Virus record (IMG/VR): IMGVR_UViG_3300021519_000877
Location: 10,426-74,425 of that record
Strand: one strand, 5' to 3'
Length of the DNA stretch: 64,000 bases
Origin: a virus
Shown piece by piece: positions 38,780 to 48,672 of the stretch (the stretch's first letter is position 1; the number at the start of each line of letters is the position of its first letter). The translations under genes were made by a program, and so were the position numbers. Below the pieces are notes generated by a model that ran no database searches, was not told the origin of the DNA, and saw only the letters and a list, made by a program, of their open reading frames with translations.

Positions 38780-38840
38780 GAGTCTACTTGTCCAAAGTAA
38801 TATTACCCTATATTTAGTGTATTTTGATATAGGCTAATGA

Positions 38841-39308
38841 TTAAAAATTATACTTAATTGCTTGTAAAGTGCCTCTGCAGATGTCTAAACGCACCCGAAC
38901 CCACGCATAATCACCAGTAAACTCTTTTAAATCTGTTTGTATTGGTTTACTAACAGAACCACTAAACCCACCGCTAATGCCCGCTCCGCCAGTTGTTTCC
39001 AACCCAGTGTATGTTTGTTTAGTAAGTTGAAGATCCATCCAGTCGCCTTCTCCAGGATTTGGAGTTTGACTCACTTGCACCGTGCATGTACCTATAAAAG
39101 ACCCCTCAATAGTGTATGCTACAGCGTGTGTTCTGTATCCTAACCCGTAATACCCAGCACCTTCTACTCGATTACTGACTAATGTAAGAGATGGGTCTGG
39201 CTTCCGCCCGTTCACCATTTGCGGCATTGTAATGCTGGGTTGGGTAGTATGCGTATTCGCAGTGCTCCACGGATTGTAAAATTCAAAGGTCTTACTTAAG
39301 AATGGCAT
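38841..39308 (-). CDS. Hypothetical late (virion) beta-sandwich protein
   Basis: TAAATA at 39328-39333; FTGDYAWVRV. Confidence 0.55.
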   Translation of the reverse strand: MPFLSKTFEFYNPWSTANTHTTQPSITMPQMVNGRKPDPSLTLVSNRVEGAGYYGLGYRTHAVAYTIEGSFIGTCTVQVSQTPNPGEGDWMDLQLTKQTYTGLETTGGAGISGGFSGSVSKPIQTDLKEFTGDYAWVRVRLDICRGTLQAIKYNF

Positions 39309-39330
39309 AATTTGTTCCTAGATGCTGTAT

Positions 39331-39987
39331 TTAAGCATCTTGCAGGACAAATTCTTGTACCTTTTTTAGATTATTACCTAAAAACATACCCACCATAGTT
39401 AATTGCTTTGGATTATCAACATAAACAAATGGATCTTGTAGGTAAGAGTAATCTCCACGCATCCACTTAATTGTACCTTTAGATGGTTTAATTGTATCTT
39501 TGTAATTTTTTAACCAATCCATAAACTTTAATCGTTGATGTGCTGGCATATTATATCGCAAAAATACCTTATGTGTGTATCGGTTATACGGCAATTGTTT
39601 ACACAAGTGCTGTGCCGGTTTAGAACTTAGTTTAACCAAATCTTCAGCGGTAGCTGGCTCTGTTACACTATGAATCCATTTTTTAAACTGCTTTTTTACG
39701 ACCTTATATGTTTCTAAATCAGCACAATACAAATTCATTGTTCCCCATTCTGCTCTAGTTTTAACTCCTAATGCCTTACATTCTTTAAGAACTTCGGCAA
39801 ATTTGTATAGATTTATTTTTTCAGTATCGGTAAATTTTTCCCAATGATTAATAATAAGCTCGTTGCGACACCAGGCCATAGTTTTATCGACGCCCCAGAA
39901 GTTCATTCTAGAGGCGCCGCTAATTATAGTTTCTACACGGTAGGGATACTTACCGTAAAACAGTTTATTAGTCTGATGAACTTTCAT
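39331..39987 (-). CDS. Hypothetical phage protein
   Basis: KLFYGKYPYRV motif; start MKVHQT. Confidence 0.6.
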   Translation of the reverse strand: MKVHQTNKLFYGKYPYRVETIISGASRMNFWGVDKTMAWCRNELIINHWEKFTDTEKINLYKFAEVLKECKALGVKTRAEWGTMNLYCADLETYKVVKKQFKKWIHSVTEPATAEDLVKLSSKPAQHLCKQLPYNRYTHKVFLRYNMPAHQRLKFMDWLKNYKDTIKPSKGTIKWMRGDYSYLQDPFVYVDNPKQLTMVGMFLGNNLKKVQEFVLQDA

Positions 39988-42250
39988 CGTTTTCGATTTC
40001 TTCGACCTTTGCTTTGCTTGTGGATAATACTTCAATAAAGTTAAAGGTGAAAGTATCGTTTTCTGCGTCAATCTCAACTATGCCTCCGTTGACTAATTTT
40101 CCAAATAGGATTTCACGGCTTAATGGTTTCTTGATATGTTCATCAATAGCACGACTTAATGGACGAGCTCCCATCTTCTTATTAAACCCTTTCTTAATTA
40201 ACAACTCAACTGCTTCTGCTGTAGGTTTAACATGAACATTCTTTTCTTTGATCTGTGCATTAAGTTCGTCAATAAACTTCTTAACAATCTTGATCATAGT
40301 AGTTTGTTCTAACTTACCAAACTGGATAATGCCATCTAATCGATTGCGGAACTCTGGGTTGAAGTATGTGTTGATAGCACCTGTTGCATCTCCATCACGC
40401 TCTAAACTACCAAAGCCCACACCGTTCTTTTCATTATCGGCCGCACCTAAGTTACTGGTCATGATCAATATACAGTTGCGACCGTCTGCTTTCTTACCAT
40501 TGCTTCCGGTAACAACACCGTTATCCATTAAGCCTAGCAATACATTGCTTACGCTTGGATGGGCTTTTTCAATCTCATCTAACAATAAGATGCAGTTTGG
40601 ATGTTCTTGTAGTTTAGTAACAAGTTGTCCAGCATTATCTTCAAAGCCTACATATCCCGGAGGCGCACCAATAAACTTAGCTACAGAATGTGCTTCTTGA
40701 AACTCACTCATATCAAAACGCACTAGTTGAACACCCATAGACTCAGCTAAGACCTTTGCGGTCTCTGTCTTACCACATCCGGTCGGTCCAGTAAACAAGA
40801 AGTTACCTACAGGCTTGTTTAATGATTTCAATCCGGCCTGCGAGATATAAATCTTATCTAATAGAATATCGATTGCTTTATCTTGTCCAAATACCTTACC
40901 ATGCATATTCTTGTCAAGATTCTTAAGATTACTATTTTCTTTGGCCGCAACTTGTTCTACTGGCAAGTTTGCTTGTTTAGCAACTTCAAACATAATCTCG
41001 TCGTGATCTACAGTGCCACCTACTTCGTCACGAACTTTAAATCTAGCACATGCACAGTCGATAATATCAATTGCTTTATCTGGCAAGTGCTTGTCAGTAA
41101 GATACTTAACTGAGTATTTGACAGAATCAATAATGGCTTGATTAGTAATCTTAACACCGTGGTGTTTTTCGTAATACTTCTTCAAACCTTTAATGATCTT
41201 AACCGCCATTGCTTCTGTTGGTTCGTCAATAACCACACGTTGGAAACGGCGCATTAACGCACGATCCTTTTCAAAGTGCTTACGATATTCTTCCCAAGTA
41301 GTTGAAGCAATAACTTTCAACGTACCTTTGGTAAGAGCAGGTTTAAGCATATTGCTCATATCGTTTGAACTGCCACCTACAGCACCAGCACCACTCATCA
41401 TGTGTGCTTCGTCAATAAAGATAATGCTGTTCTTTTTCTTCTCTAAAGCGTTTAACACCATCTTTAAACGTTCTTCAAAATCTCCACGATACTTGCTTCC
41501 TGCAATCATAGCAGAGATATCTAAGTTATAAATTGTGTGATCTTTAAGATACTTAGGAACATTACCTTCTACAATCTTACGGGCAAGGCCTTCTGCAATC
41601 GCAGTCTTACCTACACCTGGTTCGCCTACCATCATTACATTAGACTTTGTGCGACGAGCCAAAACTAATAGAATATCATCAATCTCTTTTTCACGACCGA
41701 TAACTGGGTCAATTTTCTTTTGTTTAACTTTATTGTTTAGATTGGTACAGAACTGCACAATTACTTTTTCAAGCTGTGCAGAACCCGCATCTTCAGTAAC
41801 ATTCTCTGCATCAACAATCGAATGTTGATTTGCAAAGTCTAAGAATGCATCTTTGTCAATTTTAGCTTGACGCATAAAATGTGCGGCATGACTTTTCTTT
41901 TCTGAAAACAAACTAATAAAACAATCCCTAGGTTCAATAGTTGATCGCCCAGCAAACAATACTTGTGTAAACGCACGGTTAAGCATACGTTCCATGCTTT
42001 GTGTTTTACGTGGACGAGCATCTAACTCATCAACCACAATGTCTTGTAAATCGTCTGCAATAAACTGCTCAAGATTTTCTTTAAGTGATTTTAAATCGGC
42101 ACCGAAATCTCCTAGCACCTGTTCAAATTTTGTATCAATGATCAGACTATATAAAAAATGCTCGAGTGTAATATACTCGTGCTTATTTTTAATAGCAAGT
42201 TTGACCGCTCTTTCAAATATTGCTTCTAGATCTGAATTTGGTTCTAACAT
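39968..42250 (-). CDS. clpA: ATP-dependent Clp protease ATPase subunit
   Basis: Clp N-domain, two AAA modules ([16 protein letters not shown]), [11 protein letters not shown] loop, no ClpB middle domain. Confidence 0.92.
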   Translation of the reverse strand: MLEPNSDLEAIFERAVKLAIKNKHEYITLEHFLYSLIIDTKFEQVLGDFGADLKSLKENLEQFIADDLQDIVVDELDARPRKTQSMERMLNRAFTQVLFAGRSTIEPRDCFISLFSEKKSHAAHFMRQAKIDKDAFLDFANQHSIVDAENVTEDAGSAQLEKVIVQFCTNLNNKVKQKKIDPVIGREKEIDDILLVLARRTKSNVMMVGEPGVGKTAIAEGLARKIVEGNVPKYLKDHTIYNLDISAMIAGSKYRGDFEERLKMVLNALEKKKNSIIFIDEAHMMSGAGAVGGSSNDMSNMLKPALTKGTLKVIASTTWEEYRKHFEKDRALMRRFQRVVIDEPTEAMAVKIIKGLKKYYEKHHGVKITNQAIIDSVKYSVKYLTDKHLPDKAIDIIDCACARFKVRDEVGGTVDHDEIMFEVAKQANLPVEQVAAKENSNLKNLDKNMHGKVFGQDKAIDILLDKIYISQAGLKSLNKPVGNFLFTGPTGCGKTETAKVLAESMGVQLVRFDMSEFQEAHSVAKFIGAPPGYVGFEDNAGQLVTKLQEHPNCILLLDEIEKAHPSVSNVLLGLMDNGVVTGSNGKKADGRNCILIMTSNLGAADNEKNGVGFGSLERDGDATGAINTYFNPEFRNRLDGIIQFGKLEQTTMIKIVKKFIDELNAQIKEKNVHVKPTAEAVELLIKKGFNKKMGARPLSRAIDEHIKKPLSREILFGKLVNGGIVEIDAENDTFTFNFIEVLSTSKAKVEEIENDESSSD

Positions 42251-42251
42251 C

Positions 42252-42740
42252 TTATTTCCTTTTAGATTTTTTAACACCCATAGCCCATTTTATTGAGCTA
42301 ACTCTGTCTTGAAAAACAACTCCTTCCAAATGATCCAATTCATGCAAAAAACACTTGCACTCATAACCACGGAATTCGCCCTCCATTGCTTCACCTTTTG
42401 AATTCTGCCAACGAGCTTTAATTGCTGTTGGACGCTTTATATTAACATAAATTCCGGGAAAACTCAAGCACCCTTCTTCTAAGTCTTCAATAACATCTGT
42501 ATTAGATACTACTTCTGGATTAAAAAATGCCATTCCGTGTTCTGGACGATCTCTGTGTCCCATAGTAAACACACGAGCTTGAATACCGACCTGATTGGCG
42601 GCTAGCCCAATACCGTCATAACGATACATAGTTTCTAGCATGTCTTTTTCTAATTGGACAGGATCTATACTTGGATTCTGGAAATCAAATTCTGGAATCT
42701 TTTCACGGAGGATTGTGTTGGGAAATTTTATAATGTTCAT
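42252..42740 (-). CDS. def: Peptide deformylase
   Basis: GIGLAANQ, EGCLS, HELDH. Confidence 0.95.
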   Translation of the reverse strand: MNIIKFPNTILREKIPEFDFQNPSIDPVQLEKDMLETMYRYDGIGLAANQVGIQARVFTMGHRDRPEHGMAFFNPEVVSNTDVIEDLEEGCLSFPGIYVNIKRPTAIKARWQNSKGEAMEGEFRGYECKCFLHELDHLEGVVFQDRVSSIKWAMGVKKSKRK

Positions 42741-43558
42741 GTTATATTTAATTTACGTAAATTATCTTTCTGCTCATCTGAGAGCGTAGGAGTTACTATT
42801 TTAACTTTAACAATTAATCGCCCTCTGCGACTAGGGTCATTAAAATTAGGCATGCCATACCCACTAAGGCCGATCATAGATTCGTTTTGAATGCCGCCTG
42901 GAATATTAGTTTCCAATTGTTTGTCGTCAATACTAGTAAGTGTAACTGTGGTGCCTAACATTGCATCAATGCTACTAATAGTAACTTCTTGAAATAAGTC
43001 ATCACCTTGACGCACAAATTTAGGATGATCCATAATATGTACATTTAACAGTATATCCCCTCGAGGTAATTCTTTAACGGAATCATCACCCATTCCGGAT
43101 AAACGTAGTGTTGTTCCTTCGTGTATTCCACGAGGAATTTTAATGTTAACAGTCTGTTCTTTACCGCTGGGTAAATTTATATTAGCAATAAGCTCTTTGC
43201 CCCAAAACGCATCTTCTAAACTTACACTAGTTTGTAGTTGAACATTGCGATTGGTTGCTTGTCTGCGTTGTTGACGGAATCCAAATATATCACCAAATGG
43301 ATGACCTTGCCCGAACATTTGTTCAAAGCCGCCAGGCCCATTAAAATCAAAATGGAAGCCTTGTGGCTGTGGGTTATCGTATTGGGCACGTTTTTCTGGA
43401 TCGCTTAGAATAGCGTAGGCTGCCTGAAGCTCTTGAAACTTATTTTTATCGCCACCCTTGTCTGGATGATGTTGGCTGGCCAGTTTGCGATATGCTCGTT
43501 TGATATCGTCATCTGTTGCAGATTTTGGGACACCTAAGGTATTGTAATAGTCGCTCAT
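42737..43558 (-). CDS. dnaJ: DnaJ-class co-chaperone without zinc finger (CbpA/type II-like)
   Basis: J domain with HPD, G/F region, C-terminal domain. Confidence 0.9.
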   Translation of the reverse strand: MSDYYNTLGVPKSATDDDIKRAYRKLASQHHPDKGGDKNKFQELQAAYAILSDPEKRAQYDNPQPQGFHFDFNGPGGFEQMFGQGHPFGDIFGFRQQRRQATNRNVQLQTSVSLEDAFWGKELIANINLPSGKEQTVNIKIPRGIHEGTTLRLSGMGDDSVKELPRGDILLNVHIMDHPKFVRQGDDLFQEVTISSIDAMLGTTVTLTSIDDKQLETNIPGGIQNESMIGLSGYGMPNFNDPSRRGRLIVKVKIVTPTLSDEQKDNLRKLNIT

Positions 43559-43570
43559 AGTAATATATTA

Positions 43571-43599
43571 ATTATACTACCTTTGTTAAATTATGTCAA
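43571..43599 (-). promoter_or_regulatory. Sigma70-type promoter TTGACA-17-TATAAT
   Basis: Perfect consensus upstream of dnaJ-def-clpA. Confidence 0.85.
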
Positions 43600-43902
43600 C
43601 TATTTGGGAGAGTCGATGCCTTGATTCATAGCAGTGATCTTTTCTTGTCCACGGCTCCAAGCCGCAACACCTAATACTGCGCCCATAGCCGCATGGAACA
43701 GTCCACCACCTTTAAGAGTTAGTGGTTCCCACTCTACACCGATAACTCCTTGGTGATCGTATGCTTGAATAGCGGTCCATAGGATCGGAAAAATAATAAA
43801 ATCAAAAATACATACAGCCATATACATCCACCCCATCATTGGGCGCCACCTTGCTGACAACCAGTCGTTACTTGGTGCTGATGTCGAAGATTCTATTGCC
43901 AT
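43600..43902 (-). CDS. Putative holin (GTA 3TM-holin-like)
   Basis: WRPMMGW..TM..GAVLGVAAWSRGQEK; adjacent to spanins. Confidence 0.6.
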   Translation of the reverse strand: MAIESSTSAPSNDWLSARWRPMMGWMYMAVCIFDFIIFPILWTAIQAYDHQGVIGVEWEPLTLKGGGLFHAAMGAVLGVAAWSRGQEKITAMNQGIDSPK

Positions 43903-44165
43903 TATTTCGCTCCGTCAAATATTTTCTTTTGGTCTACATACCATTGTTGCCAACCTTTTAACTGCGTAGCAACTTCATTGTATGTTCCATAATTTTCTAC
44001 TACTGTGTCGAATATTACACTTGCGCTAGCACCTGCGGGAATTTCTTTAAGTGCAGGCGGTGGTGTTTGTAGTGTGTCGCTAGCCTTTGGAAAGTTTTGG
44101 GTAACTGGAACAGTCATACATCCAACTAGCCCAAATACGCAAAGAGCAATTAATAAACGTTTCAT
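43902..44165 (-). CDS. o-spanin (outer-membrane lipoprotein)
   Basis: Lipobox LVGC, Pro-rich, WQQWY. Confidence 0.7.
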   Translation of the reverse strand: MKRLLIALCVFGLVGCMTVPVTQNFPKASDTLQTPPPALKEIPAGASASVIFDTVVENYGTYNEVATQLKGWQQWYVDQKKIFDGAK

Positions 44166-44608
44166 TTTTTAATTTCCTTACGATTCTTGGCAGCATCATT
44201 TAATATATCAATAACTCCTTGATTAACAGTGCATTGTTTGTCTAGTTGACCAGCAAGTTCTTGTAGTCGCTTTTTATTAGTTTCGGTAATATCTTTAATG
44301 CGAGCTTGTTCTTTAAGAATCTGCTCTGCTAATTTTGTATTAGCTTCTGCTGCCGCTGTTTCTGAACGGCTAATCTTTAACTGCATTTCAGCAATGCGAA
44401 CCTTGTATTCAGCATCTTTAGCAATGCCGCCTTCATACCATACAGCAACAACAGTTAGAATAATACCAGCAACTTGGATAGGAAGTTTATATTGTGAAAC
44501 AAATGGAATAAATGATAATACAAAACTAGCGCCAATCGCAATAACACCCACCAATAACATTAGATGGAAAACGAAATCAGGAAGCCAATTTAATAACCAC
44601 ATTACCAA
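44162..44608 (-). CDS. i-spanin
   Basis: N-terminal TMs, coiled coil, C-terminal C....ILNDAA. Confidence 0.65.
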   Translation of the reverse strand: MVMWLLNWLPDFVFHLMLLVGVIAIGASFVLSFIPFVSQYKLPIQVAGIILTVVAVWYEGGIAKDAEYKVRIAEMQLKISRSETAAAEANTKLAEQILKEQARIKDITETNKKRLQELAGQLDKQCTVNQGVIDILNDAAKNRKEIKK

Positions 44609-45378
44609 ATACTCTTTTGTAGAATAACAGCCTTGTCACCATTACGGATTAAGAAATGACCTTCTATTTTATTAATATCGTAATTGCCCAAATACTTGTT
44701 TAAAAATAATACCTGGCCTCTGCTAGATTCGTCAAGCTGAAGTGCGCCTCTGAGTGCGTTCTTTAATGTATTGTATTCGCCTATGGCGATGAATTTTGCA
44801 GTTAGTGGGCCAGCATAAGATTTAGTAAAAGTAATATTTTTACTTTCGTCCATTTCCACTGAATCGATAGCACCTTGATCAAAGAAGTCTGTAACTTCAC
44901 CTGCGTCGGCCCCTTCAATACTATTGCGATATTCTTCTGGACTTAGCGGAACACATTCTTCAATATTTTCTGTAGTGAAGTCATATCCTTTGATATCTTT
45001 GTACCAACGGAATCTCCAATCAGTTCGATCACATAATTGGCTAAGTCCGTTTAATAAATCTTTAATTTGTTCCGGTGCCTTGGTAGTTCTTTCAAGTTCG
45101 ACAAATATACTATATTGTCCATCTCTTTCTTCACCTGAGCTAACATCAGCATCTAGAACATAGTTGTAACCACGCTCAATAAATTCCATCAAATCAATTG
45201 CTGGTTCTTTGTCTACCGCACGGAATCGTAGAGTAATAATATCTTCATCATTGCCCATTTTACTTTGGAACTGATCAATGGTGAACAGATTGTCAATACA
45301 ATCTTTTAAGTCTGCATGATGCAGACCTTCCGTTAGATTATTGTCCTTGGATGGGTGCTTGGTCTGGAACTGGTTCAT
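44602..45378 (-). CDS. Conserved hypothetical phage protein
   Basis: FIERGY..VLDADVSSGE motif. Confidence 0.6.
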   Translation of the reverse strand: MNQFQTKHPSKDNNLTEGLHHADLKDCIDNLFTIDQFQSKMGNDEDIITLRFRAVDKEPAIDLMEFIERGYNYVLDADVSSGEERDGQYSIFVELERTTKAPEQIKDLLNGLSQLCDRTDWRFRWYKDIKGYDFTTENIEECVPLSPEEYRNSIEGADAGEVTDFFDQGAIDSVEMDESKNITFTKSYAGPLTAKFIAIGEYNTLKNALRGALQLDESSRGQVLFLNKYLGNYDINKIEGHFLIRNGDKAVILQKSIW

Positions 45379-45883
45379 TAGGCATTGCCTCCTGGGCTGC
45401 GGCATCAGGCGTCATGGCCTGGTTAGGGTTCATTTCAATATGATCACGGACATACTCGCTCTGTTGGCGTTTCTGACCTTGATAGATATCTTGCATTAAT
45501 TTTTTAGGCATAGTGATTGATACAACCCAAATAGGATGTGCATCTACTTTACCTTTCTTTGTGCCAGGACGGAAGTCACTTGGCTTATAAACTTTACGAG
45601 GAACCATTAGGTCTTCTTTCTGATAGGTTACTTTACAACCGTAATCTAACAAACGACTTGCCCCAACTGGGTCAGGCATGTCTTCAAATGGCCACATGAA
45701 CTTGCAAGTAACTGCATGTCTATGCACTTCCGGTCCATCAACTAACTCGCCGTCTTGCCAATTCTTAAACACATACAAATCTAGGTCGTCAATTACACGC
45801 TCAAAATCCTTAAGGATTTTAAACGCACTATCGTTAGTTGTTAGCGTTTCTATGGTTTTGATTACGTCTACAATATCATGCAT
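45338..45883 (-). CDS. Conserved hypothetical phage protein
   Basis: DFERVIDDLDLYVFKNW..GE, MPDP.G; TAAATA at 45904-45909. Confidence 0.6.
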   Translation of the reverse strand: MHDIVDVIKTIETLTTNDSAFKILKDFERVIDDLDLYVFKNWQDGELVDGPEVHRHAVTCKFMWPFEDMPDPVGASRLLDYGCKVTYQKEDLMVPRKVYKPSDFRPGTKKGKVDAHPIWVVSITMPKKLMQDIYQGQKRQQSEYVRDHIEMNPNQAMTPDAAAQEAMPNEPVPDQAPIQGQ

Positions 45884-45997
45884 AAAGGTTCTCTTTGATA
45901 CAATATTTATGCGATTCAAAATAACGGCATTTGAAATGGTTTTTTGAAATACCTGATAACTATATTATGCAGGTCTCCCAACTAATGGAGGTTCGAT

Positions 45998-46747
45998 TTG
46001 TCAAGAAATAGCACAAAAAGACGTAGTCCGCCGCAAGGATCGCGTCAAAACGACAATCAAAACTTAATTGAAATAAACACTTATTTCAAGAAACAATCGC
46101 AAGTCCACATAGTTCCACGCAATACATCGCAGGAACGCTACCTAGAACTACTAAAAAACCCTAAAAAGTTCATCGTTTTCGCCATCGGCCCAGCCGGAAC
46201 AGGCAAGACTATGCTTGGAGTTCAAATGGCCATCAAACAGTTAAAAGAGGGGGTGGTTGATAAGATCGTAGTAACCCGGCCAGCAGTAAGCGTGGATGAA
46301 GAGCATGGCTTTTTGCCAGGTACATTGAATCAAAAAATGGAACCCTGGACTAAGCCAATTATGGATGTATTCCAAGAATACTACCATACGAAACAAATAG
46401 CAGAAATGCTAGAAGAAGGTATTATTGAGATTTCCCCGCTGGCATATATGCGCGGTCGTACGTTCAAGAACGCTTTTATCGTTGCTGATGAAATGCAGAA
46501 CGCAACACCTAGCCAGATGAAGATGCTGCTCACACGCTTAGGCGAAGGTAGCAGAATGGTAGTTACTGGGGATTTAAATCAAGCAGATCGTCCGAAAGAA
46601 AACGGATTGCTAGAATTTTGCAGTTTATACGGCCAAGGAGGTGACTATCGTATGATTGCTATGGCGAGGTTTGAAACAAAGGACATCGAGCGACATCCAG
46701 TGGTAAAAGAAGTTCTATCCATCTACAAGGAAACCGATAGCGAATAA
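45998..46747 (+). CDS. phoH: PhoH-family ATPase
   Basis: GPAGTGKT, GFLPG, YMRGRTF, DEMQN, TGDLNQ.D, RHP. Confidence 0.93.
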   Translation: MSRNSTKRRSPPQGSRQNDNQNLIEINTYFKKQSQVHIVPRNTSQERYLELLKNPKKFIVFAIGPAGTGKTMLGVQMAIKQLKEGVVDKIVVTRPAVSVDEEHGFLPGTLNQKMEPWTKPIMDVFQEYYHTKQIAEMLEEGIIEISPLAYMRGRTFKNAFIVADEMQNATPSQMKMLLTRLGEGSRMVVTGDLNQADRPKENGLLEFCSLYGQGGDYRMIAMARFETKDIERHPVVKEVLSIYKETDSE

Positions 46748-46767
46748 AACACTAACAAAATTCAACA

Positions 46768-46813
46768 GAAACCGCATACATACGACCTGCAAAATCGTGT
46801 ATGCGGTTTTTTA
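46768..46813. terminator. Bidirectional terminator between phoH and the clamp loader
   Basis: aaaccgcataca...tgtatgcggttt followed by a T run. Confidence 0.75.
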
Positions 46814-47734
46814 TTACTGAAGTCTAGAAAGCTTCACAAGAACAGCCGCTAGGTTAATTTCACCGTCAGCAATCAATCCATGATCCACAAGACCCTGTTT
46901 AATAATCAATAACGCTGAATCCATAGTTTCGTCATCTTTACCAAACAAATTTAAGTTGTCATACATCCAACGATAGATATCACCCATCTCTTCAGGGCGA
47001 GCAGCGCCGCACAATAACTTGCGAGCTTGCTGAATCTTGCCTTGCTTGAATAGTTCGACCATTTGGATCTTATAATCAGCTACTCCGGCATCACTTTCGT
47101 TAGCACCTAGCAACTGACCATCTTGTGTGTTTTGTTGAACAAAGTTAATACATTTTCGTAAATCTGGATAAGTCACTTTAACATAGGTATCTAATGTATC
47201 TAAGTCAAACTCAATATTTTCTGTAACAAGAATAGTTGCAACACGAGCAGTAAACTCAGTTTGATCAATACTGCTAAAATGCATCTGTTGACAACGACTA
47301 TGAATAGCATCCATAATTCGTTGCGGTTGATTGCAAGTTAGAATGAATCGAGCAGTCTTGCTGTATTCTTCCATAACACCACGAAGTGCTGCCTGGGCAT
47401 TTGGACTTAGATAGTCTGCCTCATCAAGTAGCACACACTTAAAAGGACCAAATGGCATCATCTGCACAAAGTTGGTAATCTTATCGCGAACATCGTCTAC
47501 TGAGTTAGTGCGTGATGCATTGATCTCTAGGATGTCATATTCTTCTACGCCAATTTCGTGTAGCAACAATTTAGCAAGAGTAGTTTTGCCAATACCTGGA
47601 CTGCCGCTTAACATTAGATGCGGAATGCTTTTATCTTTGATCCAAGTTATAATTTGTTTCTTTTGATTTGCATCACGAAATACATATCCATCTACTGTAT
47701 TAGGACGATATTGTTCTACCCATAATTCGTTCAT
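46814..47734 (-). CDS. Clamp loader ATPase subunit (gp44/RFC-like)
   Basis: WVEQYRP, GSPGIGKTT, INAS, LLDEAD, SRC. Confidence 0.92.
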   Translation of the reverse strand: MNELWVEQYRPNTVDGYVFRDANQKKQIITWIKDKSIPHLMLSGSPGIGKTTLAKLLLHEIGVEEYDILEINASRTNSVDDVRDKITNFVQMMPFGPFKCVLLDEADYLSPNAQAALRGVMEEYSKTARFILTCNQPQRIMDAIHSRCQQMHFSSIDQTEFTARVATILVTENIEFDLDTLDTYVKVTYPDLRKCINFVQQNTQDGQLLGANESDAGVADYKIQMVELFKQGKIQQARKLLCGAARPEEMGDIYRWMYDNLNLFGKDDETMDSALLIIKQGLVDHGLIADGEINLAAVLVKLSRLQ

Positions 47735-47964
47735 TTGTTATCTTCTTTTTTAGGTTCGGTTGCTTGTAATGTTTCATCTGCTACCAGCTTTGAAATTTCA
47801 TTGATTGCTTTTTCTTCATTATATGCATCTAATGCTTCCTCACCGGTACCTATCATTTTCCGCATGTATAGTGGAACATATTTTCCAAAGATAGCTTCAT
47901 AATTAGCATCCACTACTTCTTTTGGAACTTTGGTCGGACGTCGACGATCACCTTTACCTGCCAT
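47731..47964 (-). CDS. Hypothetical protein
   Basis: MAGKGDRRRP..NYEAIFGK. Confidence 0.55.
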   Translation of the reverse strand: MAGKGDRRRPTKVPKEVVDANYEAIFGKYVPLYMRKMIGTGEEALDAYNEEKAINEISKLVADETLQATEPKKEDNK

Positions 47965-48146
47965 TATACTAATTCCTCTGCAATGCCTAAAATTTCCGCG
48001 GCAATTAATAATCCGCCTGCAATAGCAATAGCACTCGGTGCACTATGGATAATTAATGCAACACCTGCGGCAATTCGTAATAAACTTTTGACAAAGCTAA
48101 TGTTACGATGTAATAATGGATCTGGAATTTTTGATAAGTCTTTCAT
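47964..48146 (-). CDS. Small membrane protein
   Basis: ISFVKSLLRI..AEILGIAEE. Confidence 0.55.
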   Translation of the reverse strand: MKDLSKIPDPLLHRNISFVKSLLRIAAGVALIIHSAPSAIAIAGGLLIAAEILGIAEELV

Positions 48147-48148
48147 TG

Positions 48149-48622
48149 TTATTCACCTTTTAATATTTTATTTTGTTCTGCTTGAACTACACGCTTGCGT
48201 AAACTGCTTGAGCTAAACGAATGATCTCTACCGTTGAATATTAGTTCAATATTTCTAGCATAACATTCATGCCGTCCTGTAAACTCTTTATCTTCATACT
48301 CTACACCTAATATCCTAACATCAATTGGAAGGATTAGCAATAGGTCAACTAGGTCCTGCTCAGTGTTGTAAACTACAATCTCGTCAACATACCGTGTAGC
48401 GGCTAATTGAATTTGTCGTTCTACAATACTTTGAATAGGTTCATTCTTTTCAGGACGATCCCATTGAGCATTATTCTGTAGGCCAGCAATTAAGTAATCG
48501 CAATGATTCTTTGCTTCGGACAACATAGCAATATGCCCTGCGTGAAGCATATCGAATTGACTGAATGTAATGCCGATCTTAAGACCTTTAGCTTTGAGTT
48601 CTTTAATGTGATTGAATATCAT
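48149..48622 (-). CDS. TagD-like glycerol-3-phosphate cytidylyltransferase family protein
   Basis: FDMLHAGH, ER..QL....YVDEI, R.HSFSSSSLR. Confidence 0.8.
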   Translation of the reverse strand: MIFNHIKELKAKGLKIGITFSQFDMLHAGHIAMLSEAKNHCDYLIAGLQNNAQWDRPEKNEPIQSIVERQIQLAATRYVDEIVVYNTEQDLVDLLLILPIDVRILGVEYEDKEFTGRHECYARNIELIFNGRDHSFSSSSLRKRVVQAEQNKILKGE

Positions 48623-48628
48623 ACACTG

Positions 48629-48658
48629 ATTATACAGGGAAGGACAGGGCCGTGTCAA
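48629..48658 (-). promoter_or_regulatory. Sigma70-type promoter TTGACA-18-TATAAT, leaderless; -35 in a hairpin loop
   Basis: ATG 6 nt after the -10; acagggc-ttgacacg-gccctgt. Confidence 0.65.
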
Positions 48659-48672
48659 GCCCTGTTTTTAAA

